Shown here: positions 28,846-42,426 of the stretch, piece by piece | Layout: each line of letters opens with the position of its first letter | Position numbering within the stretch: the stretch's first letter is position 1 | Origin: the human T2T-CHM13v2.0 reference genome, Homo sapiens | DNA length: 64,000 nucleotides | Direction: 5' to 3' (one strand) | Assembly: GCF_009914755.1 (NCBI RefSeq) | Contig: NC_060926.1 | Notes under the pieces: generated by a model | Databases searched by the model: none | What the model saw: only the letters and a program-made list of their open reading frames with translations | Told to the model about the DNA's origin: nothing | Position numbers and translations under genes: made by a program

Positions 28846-29677
28846 CTAAAGTGAGCATTTTGCCATCAGTGAAGCTAATAAAAATTTAGTATATCCAAGG
28901 CGACTTATTCCATTATTAAAGGTGTGTGTGTGATTGTGTGTTTGTGTTTGTATGCATTTGTAGAATTTGTTTTTTGAAGATAAACCCCTGAGGTAATTTT
29001 TGAAACGTTTATGCACTCTGCTATAGTTACGTATATAATTCTGCCTCCTCTATCACTACCATCAGGAAAAAGAAATGATGTTGAATTATTTCAGTCACTA
29101 TTATACACACATTGTTTTTGTAATTGTCCATTTAATTATATCACTTTTTACTAGAAATAAAATTGCATTGTACTTCACCTATAAAGACAAGCAGTAAGAA
29201 TTTTAAAATAAATACATGCCTGGTGGATGGAGTAAATTGTAGGACTCAGTACATTTGCTGTTGCTTCTAGATATGCATTTCCCCAAAGTAAAATCAATAA
29301 ATATTGGTTACAAGGATTTTAATGTATGGGTATAAGTTGTCTGAAAGAAGATACATTTTCACAAAATTTTTGCTTTATTTACCACAGTGAAGAGCACCTA
29401 TTACCTTCTTGCTAAACAGTTTGTCTCACTTGACATAGCACCATAAAAGGAACATCTTGGAGAAACTTCAAATATTGTGAATTTCTCCTTATTATCTCTT
29501 ACATACGACTCCGTTCTTTTTTGTCTTCAATTCTAACCCTTGTTTTCTCATTTTACTCCAATTTAAGTCACTTGTTACCTACCTCCTTAATGAATATCCT
29601 TGTTACTGTCCTCACTCCTCTGTGTTCAGTGACTAAATAGGAAGACAGTAATATATAATGGATAAAAGCACTTTTCC

Positions 29678-29999
<322 letters not shown>

Positions 30000-30119
30000 T
30001 TATATCCTGACCACCTCTTTATTAATACACCGTCTTGCTCAGTTCACTTAAATGCTCTAAGTCTTTCTTTAAATAATGATAATAATATGGTCCATGTGGA
30101 ATTTAAATCTTATAGTTTT

Positions 30120-31070
30120 ATATTAGTCAGCATTCCATCAAGGTAACCCTCTGTAACAAACAACCCCATACTGTCAACAATCATTTATTTATTGGTCACA
30201 GTTCTGCAAGTCTTCTGGGACAGCTCTACTTAAGATATGGTTCAGGTTTAGGTCAGTTCCATGTCTTTCACTATGAAACCTGCAGCTACTCAGGCATAAT
30301 TAGGCATAATCTTATTATTTTGGATGGCTAAAACCCAAGAGGCCATGCTAAACCAAATTTAACTAGACATATTTAAAGTTTTTGTTTATATTACCTTTAC
30401 TAATATTGCATTGACCAAAACAAGTTTTGTGACTATGCCAAAGCCGGTGGAACAATGATGTGTACTCCACTTATTCCTCAAGGAAGCACTGCCATGAAAA
30501 ACAGCAAAGTGTGTAGATGAATTAAACCACTGCAGGAAGGAAATGAAGATTTGCAAACTATAGTCCTATGTCCCAAAGCCTTTCTTATTGTTCACAAGCA
30601 TTTACTTCCCTCTCACATGCAAACTCCTCATCTCAAACAAGACACGTCAAAAGTATCGTCCAGTAACTGCATAATCTCAAGACTCAGATTTCCATGTTTT
30701 GCAACATGAATGACTATATGCAGCTTTTCTTTTTTTTGAAAACCTGTGAAGTAAGAAGCCAAGTTGTCTTTCTCCCATACGCGAGGCAAAACAGCTATAA
30801 GATTTCTACAAAGACAGTCCCATTTGGAAAGGGGACAAGGTGGTACACAGAAGACTTATTTCTAACAATTCTAAAAATCTCCTGGGAAATGTTAGATCCA
30901 GCTACCCAGAGAGTAGGGATATTTCTCCATCAGGCCTCTATTTTGCTCCTTATGAATAGGTCCCAAAGCATTTTCCCCCACAATTCTTGACTCTGCCCTG
31001 TAGGACCATTCTTACTATATAATATTATCTTCCATTTCATACATATTGCCTTACGTTGTCCACTTCCACC
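30120..31070 (-). mobile_element. Old MaLR (MLT1J/K-like) LTR plus internal fragment
   Basis: tattagtcag...tgtaacaaacaacccc...atttatttattggtcacag...gcattgaccaaaacaagt. Confidence 0.6.
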
Positions 31071-31099
31071 ACTAATCTTGCCGAAAAACAAGTCATCAG

Positions 31100-31750
31100 G
31101 AAGATGCAAACAAACAAGAAACATACAGAATATAACACTTCTCATCTATCCATTTGTCAAAAATAGTTAACATCTGGTGTGGAATTTGCAGAGAAACTTG
31201 TCTTTCACTCACACAGTTGATAAAAGTGTAAATTGTTAAGCCACTGGACAGTAATTTGCCAATATCTATTGTGAAAAGTATGCATCCTTTGAATATTTGC
31301 TGGAAATTTATCCACTGGATACACTGTCAAAAAATGTCAGGTTATTTATGTGAAGAGTTTATTGCAGCATTTTTTCAATGAAAAAAGTTTAAAAATAATC
31401 CAAGTGTTCATTACTATGTCATTGTTTAAATGAAGTATGTTATCTGCATAGAACAGAAATCTCTGTAATTATTGAAGTGAATGAAGGAAATCAGTATTAG
31501 TAGATGTTGAGATATGTCTAAGGTATATTTTTACTTGGAAAAGAAAAAGTCACAGACAATGTATAGTGAATAATTTCTTTTATGTAATAAAAATATGGTC
31601 AAACACTGATTTGCTCACACATATTTTTATCCCACTAGAAAGATACAGATGAAAAAGTTAACAAGGTTTGGTTTTGGGGAGAACCACAACTGCGTTTTTT
31701 CATAAATTTTAAATTCTTAAAGTTTTTACAATGAGCAAATGATCCTTAAA
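31100..31750 (+). mobile_element. Ancient L1 (L1ME-like) 3' fragment
   Basis: cagtaatttgccaatatcta...gtttattgcagcatt...taatccaagtgttcatta. Confidence 0.6.
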
Positions 31751-32749
31751 AACGAGAGAACAAAACTAGAAAAGAAAATTACTATGCCTATAAAGATTTA
31801 TTTACAATTTTTTTAACAAAAAATATTTCATATGTGCTAAATAAATATACAGATCCTAAGACTTCCTAGGATAGGATAGAGGATGTGAAATGGAATGTAA
31901 TGGAGAAAGCAGGCTTTGGCCTGGATGCCACATATCAGGTGAAGAGATGGTGATGACCATTTCTATTCTGGGCACTTCTATAAGGAGTTTAGCATGATAA
32001 TTGGGTGGGTATATCTGTAAGTCAATCCATGAGCTTGTTAATGGAAAAACAAAGCACAGTAAAATATTTAAAGAAGTTTATTCTGACCCAGTATGACAGA
32101 CCATGGCCTGGGGAACAGTCTCCAGAGGTTTTGAGAAGGTGTGCCTGAGGCAGTCAGCTTACAGTTCGGTTTTATGCATTTTGGGAAACAGAAGTTACAG
32201 GCAAAAACACAAATCAATACATGTAAGGTATACGCTGGTTCAGCCTAAAGAGATGTGATATCTTGAAGAGATGGTGTGTTTACAAGTCATAAGTGGATTC
32301 AAAGATTTTCTAATTGACAATTGATTGAAAGAGTTAAGCTTTGTCTAAAGACTTGAAATCAGAAGAAAGAAATGCCCAAAGTAACATAAGGGAGGTTGTG
32401 AAGACCAGGGTTCTTGTTATGTAAGTGAAGCCTCCAGGCAGGAGGCTTCAGAAAGAATAGACGGTAAATGTCTCTTTTCAGAACTTGAAGACATCAGGCT
32501 CTGATTTCATCTCTCCTAGATCCGAGAAAGACCTAGAAAATAAAGTTGGCTGCATTAATGGGATTTTCTACAGGTGCAAATTTCTCACACAAGAGACAAT
32601 TTTGCAGAATCATTTCAAAACATGTCAAATAAATATATTTTGAGATAAAATATTTTGACTTCCTTCAGGGTCTGCTGTCATGTGATGCTGTACCGGGGTC
32701 ACACGGGAATTTGGTATAGCATTGCCACAAAGAGTCTGTTCTGTCTTAT

Positions 32750-33715
32750 TGAAGGAGCATCATTTGTCCAGGGAAATACCCAAGGTTCGTTGTCTCACAC
32801 CAAGGAAATTGAAGACGGAGACACACAGAAATGAGTTTAAGAGGGGAGGTTTAATAGGTGAAAGAAAGAGAAAAAAGAATAGATCTCTTTCCTACAGAGA
32901 GAGAGGGGTGCCTGAGTGGGACTTCCAGTCCGTGGTGGAGTGCATGGGGTTTTATAGACTAGCTTGAGGAGGAGGTGTCTGATTTACATAGGGACCAAAG
33001 ATTGGTTGAACTAGATGTGATATTTACATAGCGTATTAAGAAGCTGGCCACCCCACCCTAATCTTTTTATTATGTGAATGGACTTTATGCTTGGTGGGCG
33101 CTATGTTGCCTGCTCCTTACTGCACATGCCGTTAGCCAGGAAAAGGGAAGATGGAGCTGCCATGTTGAACATGCCTAGCCCCAAGGTAGATTTGTCCTAT
33201 TGGCACAGCTGCCAGCCTTTACCTATGTAAGCTGCCAGCTTGCTTTTCTATGTCTGCAGCTCAATTCTATAGGCTGCTGTTTGTTCGAAAGGAAATGATT
33301 TTGGAGTTGCTTTTTTCTTTTTCTTTCTTTCTTTCTTTTTTTTTTTTTTGAGACGGAATTTTGCTCTTGTTGCCCAGGCTGGAGTGCAGTGGGCGATCTC
33401 GGCTCACTGCAACCTCTGCCTCCTAGGTTCAAGCAATTCTCCTGCCTCAGCCTCCTGAGTAGCTGGGCTAACAGGCATGCGCCACCATGCCTGGCTAATT
33501 TTGTATTTGTAGTAGAGATGGGGTTGTCTCCATGTTGGTCAGGCTGGTCTCGAACTCCCAACCTTAGGTGATCTGCCAGCCTTGGCCTCCCAAAGTGCTG
33601 GTATTACAGGTGTGAGCCACCGCGCCTGGGGTTGCTTTTCATTAAAGAAAAATGTTACTGAGGACTTCATTACCCTCACCACCTGCCTAAATAATTTCTT
33701 TTTAACTCCTATATT
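32750..33715 (-). mobile_element. Nested ERV1 LTR (LTR9-like)
   Basis: aaatacccaaggttcgttgtctcacaccaaggaaa...ctgcctaaataatttctttttaactcctat interrupts the MER4-like sequence. Confidence 0.65.
33315..33629 (-). mobile_element. Alu (AluSq/Sp-like) inside the nested LTR
   Basis: ttgctcttgttgcccagg; gttgctttt repeated on both sides. Confidence 0.93.
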
Positions 33716-33919
33716 GTGATGATCTCTATTTTAAACTCAGTGTTGGTCAGCTGTGCCGAAACTCCAAAAAAATGAGGGAATATAATGAAGCATGTCTGAA
33801 CTCCCTTCCCATTATGGCTGGGAATTCAGTTTTTCAGGTTTATTTGGGGTCCCCTTGGCCAAGAGGATGTCCGTCCAGTCATTTGGGGGTCTTAGGATGT
33901 TATTTTTGGTTTATAAGCT

Positions 33920-34135
33920 CAGTTCTCAGCTCTAACATTTACTAGCTGTGTGATCTCGGGCATGGTTGTTCTTGCTTCTGTGTCTCAATTTTCTTATCAG
34001 TAAATGTGGTTGATAATAATAATAATACCTACATTCTAGGGGATTTGTGAGAATTAAATAAAACACTACAAAAAAAGCTTTTGGAATAGCGCCTGACAAA
34101 TAGTAAGCCATAAATAAATGTTATGATATTATTTT
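33920..34135 (+). mobile_element. MIR SINE
   Basis: tttactagctgtgtgatctcgggc...ttctgtgtctcaattttcttatc...tgtgagaattaaat. Confidence 0.8.
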
Positions 34136-34879
34136 AATTAGCAAGATTTAAATAAGGATTAGTTAATGGCAAAAGTAGATTGTCTTTTTAAGACTGCCAC
34201 TCACATGATAGAGTGATTGAACGAGGCTCCGTAGAACTCTGCTGCATTTCTGATAGTGCTATGGGATACTTCATTTACAGCTCTTTTCTACCCAATGGGC
34301 CTTTTTACTTGGAATATCAAGAAAATAATAGCTGATCATCTCTGGCTGATAGGTCAAACTTTTTTCTTTTCTTTCTCATGGAAATTCAATCACAGCACAT
34401 AATACTTTGGTTTCAAAAGATTTGAAGAAAAATGTTAAGAATTTGGCTACCTAACTACACCCAACAAAAGCTTTTCTCCCTGAATCTTGAGCTCGTTCTC
34501 TCTAGATGAATAGATGAATTTACTCATAAGAATCAGTGCATGAAAGCTTTTCTCCTATCTAATCTTAATATCCTTCTGGGAAAATAATTCACTCTTTCCT
34601 ATACGTTGATGGTACATCATCCTGGCTCCTGTCACCTAAAACTAAGCAAAGACAAGTTCAGTAAAATTACTGCCCCTGTAATCTCTATTTCTCATTTTTC
34701 AAGTATGTGATTCAGCAGAATTGTAGACCACACTCTTTGCTTCTACAATCATTGATTTTCTTGGTCAGTCACTTTGCAATGTTCTGCCAAGTGTCATACA
34801 CAAACTGCTTTATTATATTTACATGAAAATGAAAACTTAAATATATACATGCAGATAAGCAACTTCTTCACAAATCCTC

Positions 34880-36040
34880 TGTCAAATTGAAAACAAAACA
34901 AATCTGGACCTGGTAAGGAGACTTTACACAAATGTATTATTGTGAGGGAGAAAGGGACTATTGTAATAAGGGGAGGGTGCTATTTCTCTGATCATAGATC
35001 TGCAAGCATCTCAAACTGTAGGCAAAAAAAATTTTTTTTAATTTTTTTTTCATTTATAGAGAGAAACAAAGCTAGAAAAAGACTGGGTGTGTGTGGAAGA
35101 GGGATAAAAGGGAATGTTTTACACTTGGGCTAATCTGTGTTTTGCAAGGGCTTTTAGGGAGAGTTTGCATGCTGGCCTAGGCTGAGGTAGGTGAAAGTTC
35201 ATGAACCTGGGGCACAAAGTTCGGATAATAAATTGTGGAAATACAGACTAACCAAATGAGAAAAACAAAGGCTATGATAGGCTTGCTATAGCAAAGAAAT
35301 CAGCCACTGTCATTTCAGAGAGTGAGAGGCAGGCAGAAGAGTGGGAAAGCTTTATACCTAGTGAAAAAAAGAAAGCCTTCAAGTGTACCTTCGTTGAAGG
35401 ATGTTAGCTTAGGGAAGCTGTGGGAAGGCTCACTAGAAGCTGGGCATCCTATGTGATTGGTTAGGGGTGCACATTTGACTTTCTTTCATTTGTCCTGAGT
35501 TGGAACTAGGGACAGTAAATGGGGAGCTGCCAGTTTTTAATCAGGTCCTGGCCATTTTGAGCCAATTGTTACAAAAGTTATTGTATAATTTTCTTGCTTT
35601 TCGCTAGAGAAAGCAATCTGGTTTCTTCAAAGTCTGATTTATGGCAGGCTGACTTCCTGGATTATTTGTTGTAGCTAAGGGTTGCTTTCCTAGCTAGGTT
35701 AAGGCAGGTTTTGGGACAACATTATATTTTTATATGTGGTCTGTTCATTGTCCATTTGTACAATCATTCTGTCAAAGCGTTTTGTTCTGATAAGTCAGTG
35801 GAGACAAAACAATTCGACTAATCATTTATTAGGCAAAAATGGGAATTTGGAGGGTGTGTGTCTAGACATGTCATAGGTAAGTAAGGGGGACATCTGTGAA
35901 TCTTATCTATTAATAACTTATATGGGGCAGAGTGGTTCTTTGCAGCAAATGAGATTCTATAGCACATAAGTGTTGGAGAGATTTCTTAATCTTTGCTGTT
36001 TTCCAGGATCACAGGGCAGAGATAAATTTCAACATTGTCA
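34880..36040 (-). mobile_element. Old ERV1-type LTR(s), probably one nested in another (inner ~35233-35762)
   Basis: TG...CA ends and LTR-like content (gcttgctatagcaa, gcagaagagtgggaaagcttta). Families not securely named. Confidence 0.5.
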
Positions 36041-36097
36041 CCTCTGATCATGATTTACACAATTATATGTAGATGAACATATTTGCAAGCGTTAATT

Positions 36098-36262
36098 ATG
36101 GACACAAACACCTCACAAAAGTTAATCTGATGATATCTAATATGTATATGTTATGCATATATAATGAGATATAGCTTATATATAAATAGGAATATATCTT
36201 ATATCTCATATATATGATATATAAGATCATTAGATTAAGTTCTGTGAGGTGTTTATGACCAT
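36098..36262. repeat. Inverted repeat with 37-bp arms around an AT-rich core
   Basis: 36098-36134 vs rc of 36226-36262 match at 32/37 positions. Confidence 0.9.
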
Positions 36263-36745
36263 GATAGGGTTATATTACATATATGATATGTATAATCTAT
36301 TTATATATGATATATATGATCTATTACATATACGATATGTAATGTTTATATTTTATATATAGAACTTTTTTTAAATAATTATTTTTTATTTCAGTAGGGT
36401 TTTGGGGAACAGGTGGTGTTTGGTTACATGAGTAAGTTCTTTAGGGGTGAGTTCTGAGATTTTGGTGCACCCATCACCTGAGCAGTGTACACTATACCCA
36501 TTGTGTGGTCTTTTATCCCTCTCCACCTCCCACCCTTTCTCCTGAGGACCCAAAGTCTAATGTATTATTCTTATGCCTTTGCATCCTCATAGCTTAGCTC
36601 CCACATATAAGCAAGAATATTCGATGTTTGGTTTTCCATTCCTGAGTTACTTCACTTAGGAATAGTAGTCTACAATTCCATCCAGGTTGCTGTGAATGCC
36701 AATATTTTATTCCTTTTATGGCTGAGTAGTATTCCATGGGATGGA

Positions 36746-36748
36746 TAC

Positions 36749-36795
<47 letters not shown>

Positions 36796-36865
36796 TATAT
36801 ACACACACGTATATATACACACACACACACACACACATATATATATGCACACACACATATATATA
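36746..36865 (+). repeat. Compound (TA)n/(CA)n microsatellite
   Basis: Alternating atat and acac blocks. Confidence 0.95.
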
Positions 36866-36873
36866 GAGCTCAC

Positions 36874-37172
36874 TTTTTTTTTTTTTTTTGAGGTGGAGTT
36901 TTGCTCTTGTTGCCCAGGGCTGGAGTGCAATGGCAACATCTCGGCTCACTGCAACCTCCACCTCCTGGGTTCAAGCGATTCTCCTGCCTCAGCCTCTTAA
37001 GTAGCTGGAATTACAGGTGTGTGCCACCACGCCCAGCGAATTTTGTGTTTTTAGTAGAGATGAGGTTTCACCACGTTGGCTAGGCTGGTTTCAAACCCCT
37101 GACCTCAGGTGATCTGCCTGCCTCAGCCTCCCAAAGTGCTGGGATTATAGGCATGAGCCAGCATGTCCGGCC
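36874..37172 (-). mobile_element. Alu (AluSq-like)
   Basis: Full rc dimer; ttgctcttgttgccc. Confidence 0.94.
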
Positions 37173-37177
37173 CATGT

Positions 37178-37289
37178 CTTTTTTTTTTTTTGAGATGGAG
37201 TTTTGCTCTGTCACCCAGGCTGGAGTACAGCAGCCCAATCTCGTCTCACTGCAACCTCCGCCTCCCGGATTCAAGCGATTCTCCTGCCT
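37178..37289 (-). mobile_element. 5'-truncated Alu (partial right arm)
   Basis: Poly(T), then gagatggagttttgctctg...gattctcctgcctc, then L1 resumes. Confidence 0.9.
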
Positions 37290-38511
37290 CTATACACCAT
37301 ATTTTCTTTATCTACTCATTGACTGATGGACATTTGGGCTGGTTCTATATTTTTGCCATTGCAAATTGTGCTGCTACAAACATACAAACATACACGTGCA
37401 GCTATCTTCTTCGTATAATGACGTTTTTTCCTTTGGGTAGATACGTAGTATTAGGATTGCTGGAGCAAATGGTAGATCTACTTGAGGTTCTTTAAGAATC
37501 TCCACACTCTTTTCCATACTGGTTGTACTAGTTTACATTTCCATCGACAGTGTAAAAATGTTCCCTGTCGTCGCATCCACACCCACTATTATGTTTTTTA
37601 TTTTTTGATTATGGCCATTCTTGCAGGATTGAGGTGGTATCGCATTGTAGTTTTGATTTGCATGTCCCTGATAAATTAGCGATGTTAAGATTTTTTTTCC
37701 ATATACTGTTGGCCATTTGTATATCTTATTTTGAGTATTGTCTATACATGTCTTTAGACCATTTTTTGATAGGATTTTGTGGGGGTTTTTGGCTGATTTC
37801 TTTGTTGATTCTGGTTATTAGTCCTTTGTCAGATGTACAGATTGTGAAGATTTTCTCCCATTCTGTGGGTTGTTTGTTAACTCTGCTGATTATTTCTTTT
37901 GCTGTCCAGAAACTCTTTAGTTTAAGTCTCATCTTTTGTGTTTGTTTTTGTTGTATTTGTTTTTGAGTTCTTGGTCATGAAATCTTTGCCTAAGCCAATG
38001 TCCAGAAGGTTGTTTGCAATGTTATCTTCTAGAATCTTTATGGTTTCAGGTTTTAGGTTTAAGTCTTTGACCCATCTTGAGTCAATGTTTTTATATAAGT
38101 TGGGAAATGAGGAACCAGTTTTTTTCTTCTACATGTGGCTTGCCAATTATCATAGCACCGTTAGTGTAATAGAGTGTCCTGTACCCACTTTTGTTTGCTT
38201 TGTTGAAGATTAGCTGGCTGTAAGTATTTTGCTCTATTTCTGGGTTCTCTATTCTGTTCCATTGGTCTATGAGCTGATTTTATACCAGTACAATGTTGTT
38301 TTGCTGATTATGGCCTTATAGTATAGTTTGAAGTCTGATAATGTTTTGCCTCCAAATTTGTTCTTTTTGCCTAGTCTTGCTTTGGCTATGTGGGCTCTTT
38401 TTTGGTTCCATATGAATTTTAGGATTGTTTTTCTAATTCTGTGAAGAATGATGGTGGTATTTTGATGGGAATTGCATTGAATTTGTAGATTGTTTTTGGC
38501 AGTATGGTCAC

Positions 38512-38865
38512 TGATATGGTTTGGCTGTGTCCCTACCCAAATCTCAACTTAAATTGTATCTCCCAGAATTCCCATGTGTTGTGGGAGGGACCCTCAGGGA
38601 GGTAATTGAATCATGGTGGTTGGTCTTTCCTGTGCTATTCGTATGACAGTGAATAGCTCTCACAAGATCTGATGGGTTTGTCAGAGGTTTCCACTTTTGC
38701 TTCTTCCTCATTTTCTCTTGCTGCTGCCACATATGAAGTGCCTTTTGCCTCCCACCATGATTCTGAGGCCTTCTCAGCCATGTGGAACTGTAAGTCCACT
38801 TAAACCTCTTTTTCTTCCCAGTCTCTGATATGTCTTTATCAGCAGTGTGAAAACAGACTAAGACA
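38512..38865 (+). mobile_element. THE1 solo LTR (THE1A-like MaLR)
   Basis: tgatatggtttggctgtgtcc...tctcaactt..attgtatctcccagaattcc...gactaagaca. 5-bp TSD gtca(c/t). Confidence 0.92.
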
Positions 38866-40495
38866 GTCATCTTCATGATATTGATTCTACCCATCCATAA
38901 GCATTGGATGTGTTTCCATTTGTGTCATCCATGATTTCTTTCAGCAGTGTTTTGTAGTTTTCCTTGTAGAGGTCTTTCATGTTCTTAGTAAGTATTTTAT
39001 TTTTTTGCCACTATTGTGAAAGGGGTTGAGTTCTTGATTTTATTCTCAGCTTGGGTGCTGTTGGTGTATAGCAGAGCTACTGATTTGTGTATATTAATTT
39101 TGTCTCCTGAAACTTTGCTGAATTTTTAAAATCAGTTCTAGGAGTTTTCTGGAGGAGTCTTTAGGGTTTTCTAGGTAAACAATCATATCATCAGCAAACA
39201 GTGACAGCCTGACTTCCTCTTTACCGATTTGGATGCCCTTTATTTTTTTCTCTTGTCTGATTGCTCTGGCTAATACTTCCAGTACCCTGTTGAATAGAAG
39301 TGGTGAAATAGCGGTTGAATAGTTGAAGAAGTGGTTGAATAGAAGTGGGCATCCTTGTCTTGTTCCATTTCTCAAGGGAAATGCTTTCAACTTTTCCCTG
39401 TTCAATATAATGTTGACTGTAGGTATAGAACTTTTTTAGTGCTGTTTTAAGTACACAGAACAATTGAGAGAAAGGTACAGAGATACTCATATGCACCCTG
39501 CCCCCACATATACATAGCCTACTGCTTCAACAGCATTCCCCATCAGAGTGATAGATTTGTTAAAACTAAAGAACCTACATTAACACATCATTGTTATCTA
39601 AAGGCTAGGTCTCTTTAGGGTTCACTCTTGATGTTATACATTCTACAAGTTGGACAAATATAGGAGGACATGTACCCACCATTATGGTATCATACAGAAT
39701 AGTTTCACTGCCTTAATTCTCTGTGTGCTGCCTATTTAATCCCTCCCTCTCTCTAACTCATGACAACCACTAATCTTTTACTGTCTCCAGTGTTTTTCCC
39801 TTTCCAGAATGTCATATATTTGGAATCATGTAGTATATAGGCCTTTGAGATTGAGTTCCTTCACTTAGTAATATGCATTAAAGTTTTCTCCACATCTTTT
39901 CATGGTTTGGTAGCTATTTATTTTCAGTGATGAATAATATTCCATATGATCCTGGATGTACCACAGTTTATTTATCCATTGATTTATTAAAGAATATCCT
40001 GGTTGATTACATGTTGTTATAATTATGAATAAATTATGAATATAGCTGCTATAAACATCCATGTGTAAGGTGTTGTGTGGAAATAAGTTTTCAATTCATT
40101 TGGGTATATAACCAGGAGTGAGACTGCTGTATCATAGAGCGTATGTTTTGTTTTGTAGGAAACCACCAAACTGTCTTCCAAAGTGGTTGTGTCATTTTGC
40201 AATTTCATCAGCAATGAATGAGAGTATCTGTTGCTCCACTTCCTCACCAGCATTTGGTGATGTCAGTGTTCTAAATTTTTGCCATTCTACTAGACGTGTA
40301 GTGGTATCGCATTGTTTTAGTTTGCATTTCCTTGATTAAATATGATATGGAGCATTATTTTATGTGCTTATTTGTCATTGCTTTGTATTTTTTGGTGTCT
40401 ATTAAAGTTTTAGGTCCATTTTTTTTTTAAATTCAGTTAGTCGGTTTTCTTATTGTGGAGTTCTAAGTGTTCTTCATACATTTTGGATAACAGTC

Positions 40496-40786
40496 TGCTA
40501 TGGTTTGAATGTGGTGTCACCTCTGAAATTTATGTTGAATCTTCGTCCTCATTTTTGTTATATTAAGAATTGGGGACTTTTGGAAATGGATTAATACTCT
40601 TATAATAAAAGCTTCAGAGAGCATTCATCCTCTCTTGCCCTTCCATATCTTCCACCATGTGAAGACACAGCATTCCTCCCTTCTGAAGGATGCAGCAGAG
40701 GCTGAACTGTGAGAAATAAATTTCTGTTGTTTATAAATTACTAAGACTGTGGTATTTTGTTATAGTAGTACAAATTGACTAAGACA
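40496..40786 (+). mobile_element. MaLR LTR (MST/MLT1A-like), internally deleted
   Basis: tgctatggtttgaatgt...gactaagaca. Perfect TSD cagtc at 40491-40495 and 40787-40791. Confidence 0.88.
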
Positions 40787-41764
40787 CAGTCCTTTATCAG
40801 ATATGTCTTTTGAAAATATATCCCCTAGTCTGTCTCATTTTTTCCTTTTCTTGACAGAGTTTTACACAGAGTAGATTTTCTAAAAATTTTAATAATGTCC
40901 AGTTGAACAATTCTTTCTTTCCTGGGTCAAGTTTTGGTGACATATCTGAAAAGCTATCACCAAACCATGTCATCTAGATTTTCTCCTATGTTATCTTATA
41001 GAAATTTTATAGTTTTGTGTTTTACATTTAGGCCCGTGGGATATTTTGAGCCAATTTGTATGAAGGATGTTAGGTCTGTGTAGAGATATTATTATTATTA
41101 TTTTTATATGTGGATATTTGATTGTTCCAGTACGATTTGTTGAAATGACTGTCTTTCCTCCATTGTACTGCCTTTGCTCCTTTGTCAAAGATTAGTTGAT
41201 TACATTTATATGGGCATATTTCTAGGCCCTTTATTCTGCTCTATTGATCCATTTTTAATATCATTTTGCTAAAAGCACACTGTTTTGATTACTGTAGCAT
41301 TATAGTAAGTCTTGAATTTGGGTAGTATTAATCCTCCAACTTGGTTCTTCTCCATTATTGTGTTGGCTAATCTGGGTCTTTTGTCCTTCTATATAAACTT
41401 TAGAATAAAGTTTATCTGTAAAGTAACTTGCTAGGATTTTGATTGGTATGGCAATGAATCTACAGAACAAGTTGGGATGAACCAACATCTTGACAATATT
41501 GAGTCTTCCTATAAATGAAAGTGAAATATGTCCTTATTTGTGTAATTCTCCTTTGATTCTTTTCTTTAGAGTTTCTTCATTTTTCTCGTACAGATGTTGT
41601 ACATATTTTGTTTGACATATATAAATATTTCATTTTTTAGGGTACTAATGTGAGTTGTGTTGCATTGTTAATCTCAAATGCCACCTGCTGATGGATTTTT
41701 GTATATTATTCCTTGCATGCATCACTCAACTTTGATATAATAGCTTACCAGTTCCAGGAGGTTT

Positions 41765-41840
41765 TTTGTTGTTGTTGTTTGTTTGTTTGTTTTTGGAGAC
41801 AGACCCTGTCTCACTCTGTTGCCCAGGCTGGAATGCAGTT
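41765..41840 (-). mobile_element. Short Alu 3' fragment with (TTG/TTTG)n tail
   Basis: tctcactctgttgcccaggctggaatgcagt. Confidence 0.75.
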
Positions 41841-42426
41841 GGTGGATTCACTGATTTTTCTCTATTGACTTTCTATTTTAATTTCATTTATTTCTGCTCT
41901 AATTTATATTACTTATGTTCTTCTGCTTAATTTGTATTTAATTTGTTCTTCCTTTTCTAGTTTCCCAAAGCGGAAGCTTAGATAAATTGATTTTAGATTT
42001 TTTTCTTTATGATATGTGCAGTAAATGCTGTAACTTCCCACTAAATACAGTTTTTACTGTATCCCAAAAATTTTGATAAGTTGTATTTTCATTTTTATTT
42101 AGCTTAAGATATATTAAATTTTCGATTGAGATTTTTCTTTAACCCATGTTATTTAGAGTTGTGTTGTATAAGCTCCATGTATGTTGGGATTTTCTGCCTT
42201 TCTGCTATTAATTTCTAGTTTAATTCCACTCTGGTTTAAGAGCAGACATTGTGTGATTTCTATTATTTTAAATTTGTTGGGTTTATTTTATGGCCCCAAA
42301 TGTGGTCTGTATTATTGAATGTTCCCTGTAAGCTTGAGAAAAGTGTATATTCTGCTTTTGTTGGATGAAATAGTCTATATATTGTAGTCAAATATATCCT
42401 ATTGATTGACGGTGTTGCTGGGCTCA

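Larger units (their letters stand above)
32036..33915 (-). mobile_element. MER4-group ERV1 solo LTR, host to a nested LTR and Alu
   Basis: tgttaatggaaaaac...gtttattctga...ttatttttggtttata. 4-bp TSD agct at 32032-32035 and 33916-33919. Confidence 0.8.
36372..39423 (-). mobile_element. 5'-truncated L1PB (L1PB1-like) carrying Alus and THE1A
   Basis: ggggaacaggtggtgtttggttacatg 3' end. ORF2 pieces (GTRQGCPL...[14 protein letters not shown]). TSD tatagaactttttt at 36358-36371 and 39424-39437. Confidence 0.9.
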
